From the NCBI GenBank assembly GCA_001768965.1, contig MEMY01000047.1, forward strand, positions 141 through 47,405: 47,265 nucleotides of DNA, in the 5' to 3' direction. The position numbers were made by a program, and so were the translations under genes. The notes under the pieces were generated by a model. That model had not been told where the DNA came from. It worked only from the letters and a program-made list of their open reading frames with translations, and ran no database searches. This DNA is from an archaeon RBG_16_50_20 (lineage in GTDB: Archaea > Thermoproteota > Bathyarchaeia > 40CM-2-53-6). Below, one piece after another: positions 9,746 to 19,037 of the stretch (position 1 is the first letter of the stretch; every line of letters begins with the position of its first letter).

Positions 9746-10610
9746 GGCAGTGTGCCATGGGGCAGTGACAGTCGTAAACGCCATGGCAACGGGCAAAGGT
9801 GCTGCACTCGGTATCAACCTCTGGACAAAGGCGCGAGTGACCGTCACGGACCGAACAAGCTCATTCATAGGACGCAATGTGACCGATCCCAAGGAAGACA
9901 CAAGACTGATGCAGATCACGGCTCAGCATGTCCTGAGAAAATTTCAGGCACATCGCAACTTCGGTGCCATTGTAGAGACTCGCTCCAACATACCCGTAGC
10001 TGTGGGTCTGAAAAGTAGCAGCGCTGCTAGCAACGCCGTCGCATTGGCAACTTTGAGAGCCCTTGGAAGAAAAATGAGCGATTACGCGACGGTGAACTTA
10101 GCAGTTGACGCGAGCCTCAAGGCGGGAGTGACGCTGACTGGAGCGTATGACGACGCCTTAGCCTGCTATGTTGGTGGCCTTGCGGTCACAGACAATTATC
10201 ACCGCCGAATTCTGAAGCGTTACAAACCAAGAGGACGAGCACGTGTCTTGATTTACGTGCCAGAAGGCAAGAAGTACACCAAGGACGTTGATCGTAAACA
10301 GTTGCGCAACATTGCGCCTTCAATTGGCGTGGCGCACCGTGAAGCACTCAAAGGCAATTATTGGTTATCACTGACACTAAATGGCCTCGCCTACTCTAAG
10401 GCACTTGGATACGATGCGCAACCGGCTAAGCAAGCGCTTGCAACGGGCGCGATTGCTGCTGGGCTCTCAGGCAAAGGACCAGCGGTTGCAGCTATAGTTC
10501 CGTCTTCGAAAGTTGAGAATGTTCTGTCGGTGTGGACCTCACTTCCAGGGCGCGTCGTCGTGACCTCGTTCAATTACAGGAAGGCGGAAGCTAGGAGTCT
10601 GACAAGTTGA
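9729..10610 (+). CDS. archaeal GHMP-family shikimate kinase (MJ1440-like)
   Basis: GAVTVVNAMATGKGAALGI and the GHMP motif NIPVAVGLKSSSAASNAVALA. The ATG at 9729 overlaps the aroE end by 17 nt. Confidence 0.8.
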   Translation: MQKTAEAVCHGAVTVVNAMATGKGAALGINLWTKARVTVTDRTSSFIGRNVTDPKEDTRLMQITAQHVLRKFQAHRNFGAIVETRSNIPVAVGLKSSSAASNAVALATLRALGRKMSDYATVNLAVDASLKAGVTLTGAYDDALACYVGGLAVTDNYHRRILKRYKPRGRARVLIYVPEGKKYTKDVDRKQLRNIAPSIGVAHREALKGNYWLSLTLNGLAYSKALGYDAQPAKQALATGAIAAGLSGKGPAVAAIVPSSKVENVLSVWTSLPGRVVVTSFNYRKAEARSLTS

Positions 10611-11872
10611 ACGTTACGATCATTCCTAGGAAGGATCTGTCAGGGGAAATAACTGCTCCCCCGTCGAAAGCCCGAACCCATCGCGCTCTAGTGGCTGGAC
10701 TATTGTCAAAGGGCGTGACCAATATCAAAAATCCATTATCATGTGACGACACGAAAGCCACTCTACATGCCGTGGTAACCTTAGGGGCGAAAGTCGACCG
10801 AACTCCGGGCAGTTGGATTGTTGAAAGTTCCGGATTTCCTCATCATCCGAATAATGAGATCTACTGCGGGGAATCGGGTGCCACTTTGCGCTTTTTGATT
10901 CCTATCGCTTCTCTAACTAAGAGCGAGGTCGTTTTCGCCGGAAAGGACAATTTGATGCGGAGACCAATCAACCCCCTAGTCGAGGCGTTGTTTGAGCTGG
11001 GGGTCGAAATGACTATCCATCAGGACAAGATCAGCGTCCGTGGAGAGCCTGCGGGTGGAACCGTTCACATTAGAGGCGATGTAAGCTCCCAGTTCATTTC
11101 AGGCCTGCTTCTCGCGGGTCCACTAATGCCGCGAGGACTAAGAGCTGAACTTACCTCACCGCTTGAGTCGCGCAAGCATCTTTCGCTAACACTTGAGACA
11201 ATGGAGCAGCATGGCATCGACGTCGCGACGGACCATGAAATGTCTTTCTTTGAGATTGGATCAGGGAAGGCGTATTCTCCCGCCGATCACCGAATCCCTG
11301 GCGACTTTTCGTCCGCGGCCTTCCTGCTGTCCGCTGCAGCGATTACCCATTCCGAATTGCTTGTGCGTGGGCTCCCATCGAGTGATCGAGAGCCAGATGG
11401 TCTGGTTGTGGAGATCCTGTCTCTGATGGGAGCTAGATCGTCTGTCATTGATGAAGGTGTTTTAGTAATTGGAGCGAAACTCAGAGGAACTCGTGTGGAT
11501 CTACGTGACAATCCGGATCTTGGGCCGATAGTGGCTGTCTTGGGGTGTTATGCGGAAGGAGAAACAATAATCGAAGGTGCTGCGAGATTGCGATACAAGG
11601 AATCAGACAGATTGGCCACAATTTCGTCCGAATTAGCGTCGCTCGGTGCCAGGATTAGCGAAACAGAAGATGGTTTGAATGTTCATGGTCCCTGTTCGCT
11701 GAATGGCGGGATTGTTCGCTCACATGGAGATCATAGAATCGCAATGGCGTTATGTGTGGCGGCTCTCGGAGCTAATGGTGAGGTTCAGATTCAGGGTGCA
11801 GAGTGCGTCAGCAAGTCGTATCCAAGCTTCTTTGATGATCTACGGTCACTAGGAGTGGAAATAGTTGAGTGA
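10607..11872 (+). CDS. aroA: 3-phosphoshikimate 1-carboxyvinyltransferase (EPSP synthase)
   Basis: PPSKARTHRALV, GESGATLRFL, SSQFISGLLLAGP and GDHRIAMA motifs. The TTG start overlaps the upstream stop (TTGA at 10607-10610). Confidence 0.9.
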   Translation: MNVTIIPRKDLSGEITAPPSKARTHRALVAGLLSKGVTNIKNPLSCDDTKATLHAVVTLGAKVDRTPGSWIVESSGFPHHPNNEIYCGESGATLRFLIPIASLTKSEVVFAGKDNLMRRPINPLVEALFELGVEMTIHQDKISVRGEPAGGTVHIRGDVSSQFISGLLLAGPLMPRGLRAELTSPLESRKHLSLTLETMEQHGIDVATDHEMSFFEIGSGKAYSPADHRIPGDFSSAAFLLSAAAITHSELLVRGLPSSDREPDGLVVEILSLMGARSSVIDEGVLVIGAKLRGTRVDLRDNPDLGPIVAVLGCYAEGETIIEGAARLRYKESDRLATISSELASLGARISETEDGLNVHGPCSLNGGIVRSHGDHRIAMALCVAALGANGEVQIQGAECVSKSYPSFFDDLRSLGVEIVE

Positions 11873-12968
11873 TAGCTCATTCGGAAAGGAATTCTGCGTC
11901 ACCATATTCGGCGAAAGTCATGGCCCGGGAGTCGCCACACTGATCGATGGTTGTCCAGCTGGGCTCAAACTCAGCATTGAGGACATACAAGTCGATCTTG
12001 ATCGCAGATTGCCGACGGATCCAACAATGACCTCAGCGCGACGTGAGCGCGATGAGGTTCAGATAATCTCAGGTGTTTTCGAAGGTTTCACAACTGGCGC
12101 TCCCATCGCGATGCTAACGTGGAACAAGGAGGTTCGATCTCAGGACTACGACAAGTTGAAGGTTGTTGCCAGACCGGGCCACGCTGATTTTCCCACGAGC
12201 GTAAAGTATGGTGGTTTCAATGATATCCGTGGAGGTGGCCGCGCTAGCGGCAGGATGACCGTACCCATCATGATGGCAGGCGGTGTGGCCAAGAAACTGC
12301 TCCTTCAAATCGGTGTCGAAATCCTCGCCCACACAGTTCAGATTCACACCATCAAACTGGAACGCAAACTATTGCTTCAGACGGTAAAACAAGTGGCGTA
12401 CACAAACTCTGTTCGTTGTGCAGACCCTGAGACGGCTGAGAGAATGATTGAGCGAATTCGCCAGGCACGGGGCGAAGGAGATAGTGTAGGTGGGATCGTC
12501 GAGTGCATCGCTGAGGGAGTTCCGACTGGCATAGGTGATCCGTTCTTCGACAGCCTTGATGCAGATCTCGCCAAGGTCGCTTTCAGCATACCCGCCGTGA
12601 AGGGTTTTGAGGTCGGTTTGGGATTTGGAGCCTCAGTGATTAAGGGATCTGAGAACAATGACCCTTATGCTGTTCGTGATGGAAAGGTTGTAACGTTGAC
12701 CAACAATTCTGGCGGTATACTTGGCGGCCTATCGAACGGCATGCCTATAGTTGTGCGCGTCGGATTCAAACCACCTTCGTCGATTCCGAGGGATCAGCAG
12801 AGCGTCAACCTAGAAGAAATGAAAGACACATCGGTCCGAGTCACCGGTCGGCACGATCCGTGCGTTGTACCTAAAGCGGTTCCCGTAGTTGAGGCAGCGG
12901 TCGCTATCGTGCTCGCGGACCACTGTCTGCGCGCCCACGTAATTCCGCGAGTCATAGGGAAGAAATAG
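11865..12968 (+). CDS. aroC: chorismate synthase
   Basis: FGKEFCVTIFGESHG, RPGHADF, GGGRASGR and GRHDPCVVP motifs. The TTG start overlaps the aroA end by 8 nt. Confidence 0.9.
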   Translation: MSDSSFGKEFCVTIFGESHGPGVATLIDGCPAGLKLSIEDIQVDLDRRLPTDPTMTSARRERDEVQIISGVFEGFTTGAPIAMLTWNKEVRSQDYDKLKVVARPGHADFPTSVKYGGFNDIRGGGRASGRMTVPIMMAGGVAKKLLLQIGVEILAHTVQIHTIKLERKLLLQTVKQVAYTNSVRCADPETAERMIERIRQARGEGDSVGGIVECIAEGVPTGIGDPFFDSLDADLAKVAFSIPAVKGFEVGLGFGASVIKGSENNDPYAVRDGKVVTLTNNSGGILGGLSNGMPIVVRVGFKPPSSIPRDQQSVNLEEMKDTSVRVTGRHDPCVVPKAVPVVEAAVAIVLADHCLRAHVIPRVIGKK

Positions 12969-12973
12969 CTGTA

Positions 12974-13855
12974 CTATTCAGCGGACATTGCGACAGCGGC
13001 ATTGAATCTTTCGTAAGTGGTCGAAAACGTTCTATCGCGTTCAAGGAAACGGCGACTTGAACGTAGATGTCTAATGATGCGGTTCCGTTTTCCCTTTTTT
13101 AGCATGCTTAAAGCCGCGTTGCATTGGCGAATGTATTTCTGGAGGACTTTCATTGACTGACTATTGTCTATGAATATGGAGGCCTCGTTTTCGAGGTTTT
13201 CCTGGGATATGGCTTCAGCGATGAGAAGTTGAAGTCTGAAAGTCGTTCCGGAGAGCTCGCGGAGTCGATCAGGATCAAATCTCATGACCCTCAGAGTGTT
13301 GACCATGACCAGATTGAGGAAATGAGGTAAAGTCAGTAATGCTGACATCAGTGCCTCGTGTTCTTTGATGCTGCAGAGTATTACTTTCGCGCCTCTTTTT
13401 CGGAAAAGTGACAGGATTCTTCTTGCGTGAATATTTCGCGACGGAATTGAAGTTGCCAATACGGTTCGGCCTTTAAGCGTCTTTGCGCCTGGGCCAAACA
13501 TTGGATGAATACTTAGTATAGGGACACCTCGTTTCCTGAGCCTTTGGAGTATTCTCCTGAGCGGTTCCTTTACTGACGAGATCTCCACCACCAACGACTC
13601 AGGTGCAAGAAACTCTGAGACCTGGTTCAGGATTTTCCTTGTAGCTTGGGTGGGTGTAGCTAGGACGATTATCTGAGACGATCGGATGGCGCGCTTTTGA
13701 TCCTCAGCGAATCTAAGATTTCTCTTGCGAGCTACGGTTCTAGCCACACTTTTGTTCCTATCGCAAATCACCACTTGGTAGTTGCTTTCTTTGAAGAAAG
13801 TTCCGAACCATGCTCCCATTCGTCCGGCTCCGCCGACAACGGTCACAACGACCAA
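12974..13855 (-). CDS. tyrA: prephenate (or arogenate) dehydrogenase
   Basis: N-terminal Rossmann motif VVGGAGRMGAWF and an internal HPMFGP motif typical of TyrA. It overlaps the upstream chorismate-mutase/aminotransferase gene by 13 nt. Confidence 0.75.
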   Translation of the reverse strand: MVVVTVVGGAGRMGAWFGTFFKESNYQVVICDRNKSVARTVARKRNLRFAEDQKRAIRSSQIIVLATPTQATRKILNQVSEFLAPESLVVEISSVKEPLRRILQRLRKRGVPILSIHPMFGPGAKTLKGRTVLATSIPSRNIHARRILSLFRKRGAKVILCSIKEHEALMSALLTLPHFLNLVMVNTLRVMRFDPDRLRELSGTTFRLQLLIAEAISQENLENEASIFIDNSQSMKVLQKYIRQCNAALSMLKKGKRNRIIRHLRSSRRFLERDRTFSTTYERFNAAVAMSAE

Positions 13856-15261
13856 GCGTCTATCGCCTTTCCGATTGCCTTGACGGCTCCGGGGATCTTA
13901 GCCGCTGGCAATGAGACTGCTAATCTGAAGAATGCGGGGTAGTTGCCGAAGGCTTGTCCCGGACTGATGCTCACACGATGTTGCTCCAAGAGTTGTTTAG
14001 CGAACCTTACAGAGTCGAAGTTGGGTTTGTTCGCTCTCGGGAAGACGTAAAATGTGCCATCGGGCCTGTAAAATGAAACGTCAATTTTGCCAAGTTCTCG
14101 GCACGTAAGCTCTACCTTCTTCATGATGGCGTTGATATTGCGTTGCGCCTCGCGTCGGCCCTTCTTGATGGCTACTAGGGCTGCGTTCTGAATGAATTCT
14201 GGAACGCACGTCGCAACTGTCTGGATGACTCGCTTAATCCGCATTGCGTTCTCTTTTGTCGTTACTAGGTATGCAATTCTCCATCCGGTCAGACTGAACT
14301 GTTTGGAAAAGCTATTGACGTAGATGTAGTTCTCCCTTCCGCTTTCGAGTATGCTTGGTGCCCTGGCCCGCACGTACTTATCGTACACTTCGTCTGAGAG
14401 TACTAATGCTTCATAGCGTTGAGCTAGTTCGATAATCTCCTCGAACTTGCTCTTGCTGATGATCTTGCCAGTCGGATTGCTCGGAGTATTGAGGATTAAC
14501 ATGCGCGCTCCTTTTCTCAACTCAGTTTCAAGTTTTCCAACATCAATCTCCCATCGCTCCTCCAATGTTGTATTAAGTGGGATCACTCGGCCCTTGATGA
14601 AATCCACGCACTCCTCGTAGGCAGGCCATGCGGGCTGCGGTATCACCACTCGCTCTATTTGAGAGACGAAACCTGCGATACTGGCGAAAATGCCGAATCT
14701 TCCGCCTGGAGTGATCAAGATCTGATCCGGCTCAATCTCAGTGTCGTGCTCCACATTGAGTTCATCAGCGAGCGCCCTTCTGAGTTCTGGCAAACCAGCG
14801 GCAGGTCCGTATCCAACGATTTTCTTCTTCCTGAATGTTTCAGTAAGTCCCTGGATTACTTGTGGAGATGCAGGGAAGTTCGGTTCCCCAATCTCAAAGC
14901 GCGTAACCCGCTCTCCTTTGGAACTAAGGCGAAGGGCGAGTTCGACGACTTCCTTCAGAAGCTGATCCTTTGATTGTCTTGGTTTGCCTTGCTCTTCAAC
15001 CCGGATCGTCTCCTCGATTAGGAGTTCTCCGAACCTCCTCGCGAACTCCGTGCTTAAACCCAGTTCCCTGGCAGCATGTGCGAGATTACTTAACGCGCTT
15101 TGTTCCGCGTCCGTGTCGATGATGGGTAGGCCTTTAGACTGTTTGACCTCTGCCATCTTGTCGGCGATTGAGAATCTTTCGCGGATCAACCTGAGGAGCT
15201 GTTTATCGTTCTCTCGAATTCTAGTTCTGTATTCTTCGAGTGTGCTCAAGATAGATCTCAC
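13843..15261 (-). CDS. fusion protein: AroQ-type chorismate mutase domain (N-terminal, about 90 aa) plus class I pyridoxal-phosphate aminotransferase
   Basis: The N-terminus (YRTRIRENDKQLLRLIRERFSIADKMAEVKQSKGLPIIDTDAEQ...FGELLIEETI) looks like the CM_2 helical domain. The remainder carries the aminotransferase I/II motifs NTPSNPTGK and SFSKQFSLTGWRIAY (PLP lysine). Confidence 0.7.
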   Translation of the reverse strand: MRSILSTLEEYRTRIRENDKQLLRLIRERFSIADKMAEVKQSKGLPIIDTDAEQSALSNLAHAARELGLSTEFARRFGELLIEETIRVEEQGKPRQSKDQLLKEVVELALRLSSKGERVTRFEIGEPNFPASPQVIQGLTETFRKKKIVGYGPAAGLPELRRALADELNVEHDTEIEPDQILITPGGRFGIFASIAGFVSQIERVVIPQPAWPAYEECVDFIKGRVIPLNTTLEERWEIDVGKLETELRKGARMLILNTPSNPTGKIISKSKFEEIIELAQRYEALVLSDEVYDKYVRARAPSILESGRENYIYVNSFSKQFSLTGWRIAYLVTTKENAMRIKRVIQTVATCVPEFIQNAALVAIKKGRREAQRNINAIMKKVELTCRELGKIDVSFYRPDGTFYVFPRANKPNFDSVRFAKQLLEQHRVSISPGQAFGNYPAFFRLAVSLPAAKIPGAVKAIGKAIDAWSL

Positions 15262-15357
15262 TGCAAAGAGTCGTTCAGGGTTGTCGCATGTTTCATTAAA
15301 GGATAATCGTTTTGCACGTCTTTCGTCGTCGAGATTGTGGCGAAGTTGGACTAGCCC

Positions 15358-16443
15358 TCAGAGCTCGAGATAGCCTAATTCCACTCCGTCGATAGATAGC
15401 TTGACATGACCCAATTCAATCTCTTTCACTTGATTTGTAGCTCTGGAGTGCAATCTCAGCAAGTTCCTTTCAAGCCCTAACAGGATACCGATTTGGAGCA
15501 AGTAGCCGTCGGCATCAAGAAGACCAACAATAAGGTTCTTCAAATCGAGAGTTGTTGCGGCTTGAATTGATTGTAAGCTCTTGGGTAACTTCAGCCTGAT
15601 ATTGCCTAGTGCGTACGTCCTAGTTGTTGCTCCATCCAGAAATCTCCTGTACCCGGCAGTACGAATCTCTCTTCGGTCGCTTCGAGAACGCGCCAGCACA
15701 TTCTTCGGGGCTTCGATCCTAAATGACCTACCTCTGGCCCCTGACAATATGGGCTGAAGTTCAGTGTTAGTTGATATTCCTAAGATGAGGTCTGGTTGAA
15801 TCGCCTCGATCATTCTGACCTTGTAAATCACCGCTTCCGAATCAAGAACCCAACCGTCCGTATTGATGATGGTGAGCGATTGATGGTTGCGATCAGATAG
15901 ACGGCGTATACCCTCAATTAGTTTTGTCTCGACTTGGCTGGGCGTATTGTGGCCTGTGAAAATGATGCCATCAGGTTTGAGGTCCACGAGGGATGAGACG
16001 TACCCCGTTGGGACAGCGCGTCCAATGGTTGTCGGAGGCCCAATGTCTGCCTGCCCAATGTCACCGTCAACAACTGGCGATTCTATACCTAGTCCGAACA
16101 ATCTATTCGTGAGGTACGTAGAGAGTGTGCTCTTGCCTACATCTGCCGCTCCAATGACCATGACCTTGCCCTGCTCCATCTCCGCCAGAGCCTCAACAGC
16201 TGAGTCCCAAGAGGTTGGAATCGTACTTCCTTGCACCTCGAATACACTCCCTGGTTCGCCCAGGGTGATTTCCAAATCTGCTTCGGAGCGAGCTTCAATT
16301 GGAAGCTGCTTCTCCTGACGCACAACGAGTCTGATATTGCGTGTGAGAGGCGCACCGAGCACAGCCGCTTCTCCGTTCATTAGTCTGAAGGACGCGGGAC
16401 CTCGAACTAGGAGAGTGTTCTCAGGTGCGAGCAGGTACCGCAT
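15358..16443 (-). CDS. Clp1/Grc3-family polynucleotide 5-prime-hydroxyl kinase
   Basis: P-loop VMVIGAADVGKSTLSTYLTNRL closely matches the Clp1 pattern. It is followed by VVDGDIGQADIGPP (Clp1 Walker B/clasp region). The length of 361 aa is typical of archaeal Clp1. Confidence 0.65.
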   Translation of the reverse strand: MRYLLAPENTLLVRGPASFRLMNGEAAVLGAPLTRNIRLVVRQEKQLPIEARSEADLEITLGEPGSVFEVQGSTIPTSWDSAVEALAEMEQGKVMVIGAADVGKSTLSTYLTNRLFGLGIESPVVDGDIGQADIGPPTTIGRAVPTGYVSSLVDLKPDGIIFTGHNTPSQVETKLIEGIRRLSDRNHQSLTIINTDGWVLDSEAVIYKVRMIEAIQPDLILGISTNTELQPILSGARGRSFRIEAPKNVLARSRSDRREIRTAGYRRFLDGATTRTYALGNIRLKLPKSLQSIQAATTLDLKNLIVGLLDADGYLLQIGILLGLERNLLRLHSRATNQVKEIELGHVKLSIDGVELGYLEL

Positions 16444-16559
16444 GTTTGTCCCTCATCTCCAAATTCAATAGTTCGCGAAACAGCTTTCGCAACAATAGAA
16501 GCTGGAGAATATCGCTAAATACACTACTGATTCATCTCATGCCGCTTGGTGCTGCGCCA

Positions 16560-16973
16560 ATGAATGTGGGCGATAGCGAGATACCTGAAGGGCTGTATTA
16601 TACCAAAGAACACGAATGGATGAAGATCGAAGGTGACAAATGCCGAGTCGGGATCACCGACCATGCACAGAAGTCTCTTCATGAGGTAGTGTATGTAGAT
16701 CTTCCAAATATCGGCAGGACTCTCGCGCAGAATGCGGTCTTTGGTACAGTTGAATCTGTAAAAGCGGTATCAGAATTGTATTCTCCGGTGACCGGCGAGG
16801 TTGTGGAAAAGAATGAGAAATTGATTGATTCACCTGAGCTGGTGAACCAAGAACCATATGGCGCCGGCTGGATTGTAGTAGTTAAGTCTTCGCATCTTCA
16901 GGACGACTTGAAAGCCCTTTTGAACACTGAAGCTTACGCGAAATTCCTCGAGGAAGTTACCAAGAAGAAATAA
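16560..16973 (+). CDS. gcvH: glycine cleavage system H protein
   Basis: YYTKEHEWMKIEGDKCRVGITDHAQ and VESVKAVSELYSP (lipoyl-lysine motif). The ATG at 16560 gives a normal 137-aa protein. The longer track ORF from 16425 overlaps the Clp1 start and is unlikely. Confidence 0.9.
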   Translation: MNVGDSEIPEGLYYTKEHEWMKIEGDKCRVGITDHAQKSLHEVVYVDLPNIGRTLAQNAVFGTVESVKAVSELYSPVTGEVVEKNEKLIDSPELVNQEPYGAGWIVVVKSSHLQDDLKALLNTEAYAKFLEEVTKKK

Positions 16974-17020
16974 AGACTCCAGTGAACTCCCGAGTGGTTC
17001 TTCCATCGTTCATGCATTAA

Positions 17021-17028
17021 TTTAAAAA
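17021..17028 (+). promoter_or_regulatory. candidate archaeal TATA box (TTTAAAAA)
   Basis: AT-rich octamer about 39 nt upstream of the ATG at 17063, consistent with a short-leader transcript. Confidence 0.3.
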
Positions 17029-17062
17029 TGCGTTCCGTTCATCTACTGGAATTGAGTCCCGC

Positions 17063-17431
17063 ATGGATTTGCCGAATAACCCCGCTCTCGAGCAGCGGCT
17101 GAAGCAGTCGCGGGTGTTTAAGCGACTGGCTCTTCGAAAACTGCGTCAAAGAAAGCTGCAAGAAGGCCAGGAATCGAAGGAAGTATACGAGACAATCGCT
17201 TCCGAATTCCTAAGCATGCCATCCTTGGACAACGTTGACAGGCTTTCAACTGTGTACGGTTATTCGAGAGTTCGCAGGGCCGTAAGTCTCCTAGACAATT
17301 TAGTCTTCGAAGAGTTCTTCTATGGAAAACTCTACCTCTATCCGCTATGGATCAAGCAGTTCACACGCCTGCTTGATGCTGCTAGACCTCGCGCTATTGT
17401 CAAGGAGCTTTTCACGAGTTCTGATCACTAG
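17063..17431 (+). CDS. hypothetical protein
   Basis: 122-aa ATG ORF preceded by a TATA-like element. No motif recognised. Confidence 0.35.
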   Translation: MDLPNNPALEQRLKQSRVFKRLALRKLRQRKLQEGQESKEVYETIASEFLSMPSLDNVDRLSTVYGYSRVRRAVSLLDNLVFEEFFYGKLYLYPLWIKQFTRLLDAARPRAIVKELFTSSDH

Positions 17432-17751
17432 TCCTCGGCGGATTCAGCACCTCCGGATGAACAACTCGTCTACGTCCAGTACTCTTTATTCTACAAATTG
17501 TACATTGCGAAGCTTTAGTTGGCACGCTCAACGCGGGTAGTCTTGTTGAACACTCTCATTTGATAACGGGGCTTCTTAGCGATGAAAGAGAATCTTCTGA
17601 AGCATAGGAGGAGCTGGGCAGTGTCACCGATACCGATCAGCCCGCGACCAGGTGTGGACAACCAATAATTACTCCTGGGCTGTCAGATAGGACTCTTGCG
17701 ATAGAACCAAAGCAGCGGGATACTCCTGACGACTCAGCAGCCGCATTAGAA

Positions 17752-18468
17752 ATGGTAGTCTTCACTTTGTCACAATCGCAAGAAAGAATTCCAACTGGTT
17801 GTGTGGGACTGGACAAGCTGCTGCATGGAGGTTTCAGGAGAGGTGAAATGACGATATTATATGGGGAAGCAGCCACTGGAAAAACCACTACGGTAATTCA
17901 GGCAGCTACATTGGCTGCGAAGCTTGGTTTGAAGGTAATCTACGTGGATTCCGACCATTCTTTTACTCAGCAGAGATTCCAGCAGATCGCCAAAACAGGT
18001 GCCCATGATGCAAGCGAGCTGATAATGCTCTTTCTTCCGGAAACCTTTGCAGAGCAAAGAGCGCTCGTTGAGACTCTTGAGAACTATGTTACCCCAACCC
18101 TCGGTGTGGTAATTGTCGATTCAATGTCATCGCTGTATCGCGCCGCTTTCTCGAAATCGGCGAGTGTATTCAACCTGAACAGGGACCTTAGCCGGCAGCT
18201 CGCTTACCTCGGTGAATTATCTGCTCGAAGCAAAGTTGCTTGTATCATTACAAGTCAAGTCCACGCACGCCTTTCGCCTCCATTGGGTGACATTGAGCCC
18301 GTTGCACGCCGTGCGGTCTTCCATTTCTCGCGTACAATCCTGAAGCTCCGAAACACTCCAAAACCGCATGTGAAGGATTTTCTCTTGGAGCGATTTGATG
18401 GTTCGGACGTACGAAGCAGTTGTTTGGTAGCATTGACGGAGGGTGGGCTCGAAGATGCAGAAAGCTAA
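17752..18468 (+). CDS. radB: RadB-like RecA-superfamily ATPase
   Basis: RIPTGCVGLDKLLHGGFRRGEMTILYGEAATGKTT (Walker A) and VVIVDS (Walker B). The length of about 238 aa, with no N-terminal HhH domain, fits RadB rather than RadA. Confidence 0.65.
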   Translation: MVVFTLSQSQERIPTGCVGLDKLLHGGFRRGEMTILYGEAATGKTTTVIQAATLAAKLGLKVIYVDSDHSFTQQRFQQIAKTGAHDASELIMLFLPETFAEQRALVETLENYVTPTLGVVIVDSMSSLYRAAFSKSASVFNLNRDLSRQLAYLGELSARSKVACIITSQVHARLSPPLGDIEPVARRAVFHFSRTILKLRNTPKPHVKDFLLERFDGSDVRSSCLVALTEGGLEDAES

Positions 18469-18513
18469 GTCTTATCTTAGCCAGCCCAGCGTTAGCGATT
18501 TCCTTCTCGGTCA

Positions 18514-19023
18514 GTGAGAGGATTGTGGCCTTCAGTGCAAGATTGGCTCTCAGCTCTCTACATAATCCTACCCATCTACTGCACAAACGGTGCGCCAGTT
18601 ATCTTCGGAGGAGGACGGCCGATCGATGGGGGCACGTCACTCTCTGATGGCCAAAGAATCTTCGGTGACCACAAAACCATTCGCGGCTTCGCCAGCGGCC
18701 TATTGGTGGGAATTGTTATGGGAGCCTTCGAATCTGTCCTCTTCGCTCGCGAACTCATGTTAGTCGCGGTCCTTGCTTCATTCGGTGCCCTACTCGGAGA
18801 TCTTGCAGGAGCCTTCGTGAAAAGGAGGCTCAAGTTCAAACCTGGAGCGCCCCTTCCAGTTCTTGATCAATTAGATTTCGTAGTCGGGGCTATCCTCATG
18901 GTCTCGCTCGTTTCCAATTTGACCCTCGGGACCATCCTAATACTCGTCCTGGTAACTCCGCCTATACATTTCCTGACTAATCTCGGTGCGTATGCGTTGG
19001 GATTGAAGTCAACTTATTGGTGA
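18514..19023 (+). CDS. carS: CDP-archaeol synthase (CarS, DUF46 family)
   Basis: 169-aa polytopic membrane protein with LPIYCTNGAPVIFGGGRPID, GDHKTIRGF and GDLAGAFVKRR motifs characteristic of CarS. Confidence 0.75.
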   Translation: MRGLWPSVQDWLSALYIILPIYCTNGAPVIFGGGRPIDGGTSLSDGQRIFGDHKTIRGFASGLLVGIVMGAFESVLFARELMLVAVLASFGALLGDLAGAFVKRRLKFKPGAPLPVLDQLDFVVGAILMVSLVSNLTLGTILILVLVTPPIHFLTNLGAYALGLKSTYW

Positions 19024-19037
19024 CTGAACGCCATTGC

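Noticed and set aside
16462-16479. Short shared words. aattcaatagttcg occurs at 8862-8875 and 16462-16475. atagttcgcgaa, which contains the palindrome TTCGCGAA, occurs at 39-50 and 16468-16479, both upstream of + strand genes.
   Set aside because: In a 47-kb window, dozens of 12-mer and a few 14-mer repeats are expected by chance. One copy is inside coding sequence. There is no further support for a regulatory motif.
17637-17725. tRNA-like impression on the minus strand (cccgctg...tcgcggg ends, a ccagg/cctgg stem).
   Set aside because: The acceptor stem has mismatches. There is no GTTCRANYC-type T-loop and no D-arm, so a cloverleaf cannot be drawn. A similar check at 38265-38335 (tagctgg, ggttggagtcgagg) also failed.
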